From Spongospora subterranea f. sp. subterranea (lineage: Eukaryota), in assembly GCA_049724395.1 (NCBI GenBank), contig JAUGWO010000039.1, positions 62,001 to 119,524 of the forward strand: 57,524 nucleotides of DNA, written 5' to 3'. A model generated the notes under the pieces. The model was not told the DNA's origin. It was given only the letters and a program-made list of their open reading frames with translations, and made no database searches. Positions 53,101-57,524 of this stretch are shown piece by piece; the stretch's first letter is position 1; each line of letters starts with the position of its first letter. A program made the position numbers and the translations under genes.

Positions 53101-54040
53101 CTATATACAAAAGGACTGGGGATACTGTACTCCGGGCGTTCCACTCCTTTTACCTGTGTTCCCAAAAGCGTCAACTATTCGATAAGCGTCCATATATCGA
53201 TAACACTTTCGGGCGAAGCGCCGAATCTGTTTCAGAGGAACCTGCTCCAACGCCTTCGGTACAACATTCTGCAAATCTTCCCAAGAGTACGTGCAGTTGC
53301 GTCGAGTGTAACTCTTGGCCGCAGCCCAATACATCTCGATAAAGTTAGACTCACAATGAAATTTCTGATAGAAGTCAGCTATTCCGTCATTCTGTTCGCC
53401 TGTTTCGACGATCCATTCTTTTTGCGCCCGAAAATCCGGTTGTTGCTCAAGAACTGACTTGGCTGAATCTTTTGATAAGTAGTTTTCCCACAAGCCACGT
53501 TCATGCAAAATGGTTCTCAACCCTTTCTGGACTCCCACATTCGTCTGCATCATCTGTTCAACTCGTTGTCCCTGTTTCATGAACCATCCTGGACGCTGCA
53601 GTTTTACGTTCTTTCCGCCATCATTCAGGTTCAGAACTTTAGCATTTAGCGCGTCAGGCGGCAATGCTCGGTGGTTCTGGGAGTTATCGAACATTAGCAG
53701 CATTTTGCTTTTTGGATGCACAATTCGGAAAATCGGAATTGCTCGTTCTTGGATCTGTTTGACCAGGTCTTGGTTTATCCAGAAGCCGTCCGCGTTCTTA
53801 CCTGGCTTGATGATAACCACAGTTTCAGTAGGAACTAGGGGATTTTCTGCTTGATCATTGCCTGTCAGTTTCATCGGTCCATGACATTCACAGATGAACT
53901 CCGACACCATCCCTTCACCCTTGGGTCGAATTGGTCGGTTATCCTGATCAAACCAAATCGTGCGTTTTCCCTCATGAGCGCTAAAACAAGATTCGTCGTG
54001 CGTCACCAGAACAATTCTGCGCTCATCATTTTCATGATTG
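53101..54040 (-). mobile_element. IS630/Tc1-related DDE transposase catalytic region, 5'-truncated
   Basis: THDES..PKGEG..VSEF..FDNSQNH..KGLR.IL.ERGLW..QPDF..KFHCE.NFIE.YW..RYMDAY. Confidence 0.88.
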
Positions 54041-55017
54041 GTGTGCCGGTGACAAGCGTGACAGCTTTGGCCCTGGGATTATTACAGATCCTGTCAGTGA
54101 GCATCTTTTTGCAGTAAAAGTCAGGCTTCAACACATGTGGCACGGCATGAGAATGCCGGTCAGAATGGATAATAATGGCTCGATCAGAGAATTTTGCCTC
54201 CACCCACATGCATGTTGCAGGACAAACGAGTCGAACCATGTCGCTGCTGCAAACGCGGCACCTGCAACATTATAAAAAGTAAACAACTGTTCAAGGTTTT
54301 AGACTTGTGACTGAGTTGCGATATTACGTTCGTTCAAAGTTGTCCGGATTGTTCTGTTTCGGACGACGCGAAAATGCACATCCCAAATTGGAGCAAACAA
54401 TGTTGCCTGTGCACACCTTGTTGGTGATCTTAATCGGTAAGGGGTCGGATGGCAGCGAACGGTAACGGGTGTTGGTTACTCGCCATAGCCACTCGGAGTA
54501 CCGAGCGACCAAATTGGGCTTTTTGGAAGCTTCGTCAAACATAAAACGGCAATTTCCATCTGGTCGCAGCGGAACCTGATCACAGTCGAAGTTCTGATTC
54601 GCGACACTCCTATCAACAAGAGTGCACGGCAGCGTCGGTGCAAGTATGTCGGAAACAGTCCAACGACCGCATTCTGAAATACAGACGGTACCGCATTCGG
54701 AATCTGATGCCGACTCTAGCGATGACATTGTCAAAGAGGATCCTCCCTCGAACACTATATTACCTCTCGTGGTGACAATACGGATGAGGATACCCCGACA
54801 AGAACTCCGGATGATGACTCCATTGAGATACACTCGAGTGTACATTAACAATATTTTATTCCAACAAAATCGATGACCAGTCAATATATTTTCGGCTGAA
54901 TCTCCCAGTCAGAATGTGACCAGCTTTTTCTCGCGCCCTAACTGGTCACATTGACTGGTCGTCTGTACGCAATTTTTGAAGTGACCAGTTAATGTGACCA
55001 GTCTTTTCTCGTACCCC
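54040..55017 (-). mobile_element. 5' half of a second GCM-domain TIR transposon (TIR ~54874-55017)
   Basis: EWLWRVTNT..KVCTGNIVCSNLGC..RRPKQ; terminus GGGGTACGAGAAAAGACTGGTCAC is related to the 31131 end. Confidence 0.85.
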
Positions 55018-55162
55018 AATATCGAACTTGTCAATTGCATCGTCATACTTTCGTCGCTTTGAAAAACAATTCATACGAGAGCATAATGCACCAACCAAAC
55101 GAAAGAGCTACACGAAGATCAATGACCTTTTCAAAACAATCGAACTGATCGCAATGACCATT

Positions 55163-55400
55163 TTATAGGTTGTTGACTTTGAATCTACTGGCGGTTTCAG
55201 AAGCAACAAGAGTGTGCGTTGATAACAGATGGATTATAAAAAAAAAATATTCGACCGTCGGTATCTGCGCGTTCAAAGACGGACACTTGGAACTCCTAGC
55301 CCTGTGATTATCGGTCGGCATCAAACCGGCTTTGATGCACGCTGAACACAACCTCTTGCGAGACGACAACAATGACCTGTATCCACGCCTGGACAAAAAA
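55163..55400 (-). mobile_element. MULE-type C-terminal zinc-knuckle remnant
   Basis: RKRLCSAC...HRARSSKCP. Confidence 0.4.
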
Positions 55401-55515
55401 CACTTCCGTTAATAATAAGGTGTCCCGTACTGTATTACGATTAAACTCCGTCGTCAATACCACGGAGTCCGTAGGGTTTTGATTGAAATAGTGAATCTCC
55501 GTGTTTGAAACCCAC

Positions 55516-55523
55516 TCATTCAC
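55516..55523 (+). promoter_or_regulatory. Initiator-like TCATTCAC, 31 nt upstream of ATG 55555
   Basis: Shared with the other signal-peptide gene. Confidence 0.4.
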
Positions 55524-55554
55524 TTTTCACTTTCCTTTGATGATGTCGAGTTTC

Positions 55555-57177
55555 ATGTTTTCGAAGTTCGTCATAATACTGGTGGTATTGAAAGTTGGTG
55601 CCTCAACGTCCCCAAAGGATCGGTTTAATGACCTTCATGAGGCATTTAAACGACGGTGGCAATAAGTGCATTGATGATGGGGTAAAATGTAATTGACTAA
55701 TCAGATTATCTAGAGATACAAAAGGTGCTCGAGATTTAGTTCGCAAGATTGACGACGCGGATATAAGTTGTTGGTTTGACATTGAACTAGCCAGTGATAC
55801 ACAGGAGGATTGGAACAATGAGGTTGCGTAATCAGATGTGTCAGATCCAATATTTCACTGATCAAATATCACAGATCCCAAGTTTGGCGTATTGCTCCAC
55901 CGCTCTCAATTTGGCACTTATCTACAGGGAGTAATATCAAAATTGTCATTGGTTCTGATCCACCCTTAATGTTGTTACAATAGGGAGATTATCGCCATAG
56001 ATCTATTAAGCAGAAGGGCCGATATATCTGTTGCCGATAAATATGGGAATGTTCCATTGCACTTGGCCTTTGCAAAAGGCTTGTTCCGGTAATATATTGC
56101 CCATTATGGGTCATCACCCATTATCTGACAACTTTTAGTGATGACACCTTCGATAAGATCATGAACAGGGTCGTAATGTCGAAGCAGCAAGTTGTTTTTA
56201 ACCACAAAAACGGTCTTGGTAAAACGCCACTTCATATGGCAGTTCCCCATGAGAGGTTGGTCGTACTTAGTGCTGAGACACTGGTCCGGTGTCGATAATC
56301 GTTATTGATTTTCAGGCAAGAGGTGTTAATACAATTGCTGGATGAAGGCGCCAATCCAATGATCACTGATAATGAAGGGGAATACAGCACTGCACCTGGC
56401 AATAGAGTAGGGGTTATCTATGTACTGCTATAACATGTTAATGTCTCAAAGAGTCTGATCGAGATCTCGCAGGAGACGAGATTCTATTATTAATATTATT
56501 AATGCGGCGGGGTCAGCAATCGTCAACATTAAAAATCAAAACGGGGAAACTGCTCTCCATCGGGCAGTTTTAACAACCCAGTTTGTTGAATCGTCGCCTG
56601 GTCAAATTCTTTGTGCTAATCTGACTGTTTTTAGCGTCTGGGCTGTTGATCATTTATTGAAAAAAGGCGCAGATCCAATGATCACTGATATTGATGGGAA
56701 TACAGCACTGCACATTGCGATAGACAAGGGGAGATATTTGTACTGCTATAACATATTGATGTCTTGAAGAGTCTGATCGAGATCTCACAGGAGTCAAGAC
56801 ATTATTAGTAATATTATTAATGCGGCGGGGTCAATAATTCTCAACACTCAAAACGAGATGGCGGGGTCAATATACACTCAAAACAAGAAGGCGAGGTCAA
56901 TAATTGTCAACACTCAAAACAAGAAGGGGGAAACTGCTCTCCATATGGCAGTTTCAAAAACTCAGTTTGTCAAATCGTCGCTGGTCAACCTCTTTGTGCT
57001 AATTTGACTGTTATTAGAGTCAGGACTGTTTACATTTTATTGAAAAATGGCGCCAGCCGCACCATCATGGCTAATGGAAAGACAGCACTGGACGTGGCAA
57101 TGAAGATGGAGGCAGTGAACAATCCCTTAGATGTCGCGAAAATCGTCGAAATGTTACAGAATGAATTGATAAAGTAG
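55555..57177 (+). pseudogene. Secreted ankyrin-repeat protein, 10 exons, with frame lesions at ~56380-56500
   Basis: Signal peptide MFSKFVIILVVLKVGA; GNVPLHLA, GKTPLHMA, GETALHRA and GNTALHIA; introns at 55656-55713, 55823-55874, 55931-55983, 56089-56138, 56256-56315, 56421-56472, 56581-56634, 56740-56790, 56965-57017; TAG at 57175-57177. Confidence 0.85.
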
Positions 57178-57524
57178 TGGCGATCACTGCATTTGCTGCT
57201 CCTTTAGACAGATTTCAGGCTGTTTGTGTCGACTTTTCAGCCGAACTGGTTTATTGACCATCCTCGTGTTGATAGATGATATTGGGATAGCAGTGCAATT
57301 GTGGATCATGAGAGGATCTCACATGTGGCGATTTTCACAATATTAACAGGATCATTGCCAGATCAGGGACTACTCATCAACTCGATACAATCGCCAATTG
57401 GACCTGTCCACGATGATCAAACCGAACAGGTCGCCAGATCATTCGATTGGTCATTATACGGTAATATTGCCAATTTCCAGATCTCGTTGTCACTAATCCA
57501 CATGAGACTAAACCATCACTACTC

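Noticed and set aside
1..57524. Prokaryotic or viral (Polinton/NCLDV) origin
   Set aside because: Spliceosomal introns, Pol III tRNAs and eukaryotic TEs are present; no capsid, pPolB or packaging ATPase motifs were recognised

Overview
Eukaryotic DNA with short 50-60 nt GT-AG introns and two Pol III tRNA genes; host unknown, but ankyrin/secreted genes and the TE types fit a fungus-like protist such as a plasmodiophorid or oomycete (inference). The window is mostly a transposon graveyard. It holds a PIF/Harbinger right end, Copia and Gypsy remnants, MULE, Tc1/IS630-like and piggyBac-like fragments, a GCM-domain TIR transposon family, CRE/RLE-type non-LTR remnants and a decayed DUF3505+RecQ helicase. 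Host genes are few: an intact WD40 gene, tRNA-Ser(AGA), tRNA-Asp(GTC), a frameshifted secreted protein and a 10-exon secreted ankyrin gene that the ORF track misses. Two structures stand out. One is a ~15 kb palindrome-like block (25.3-40.6 kb) with ~3.4 kb inverted arms, five 23-bp arrays and one 35-bp array. The other is about nine local fold-back duplications scattered through unrelated TE remnants. All family calls come from motif recognition by eye; no searches were run.
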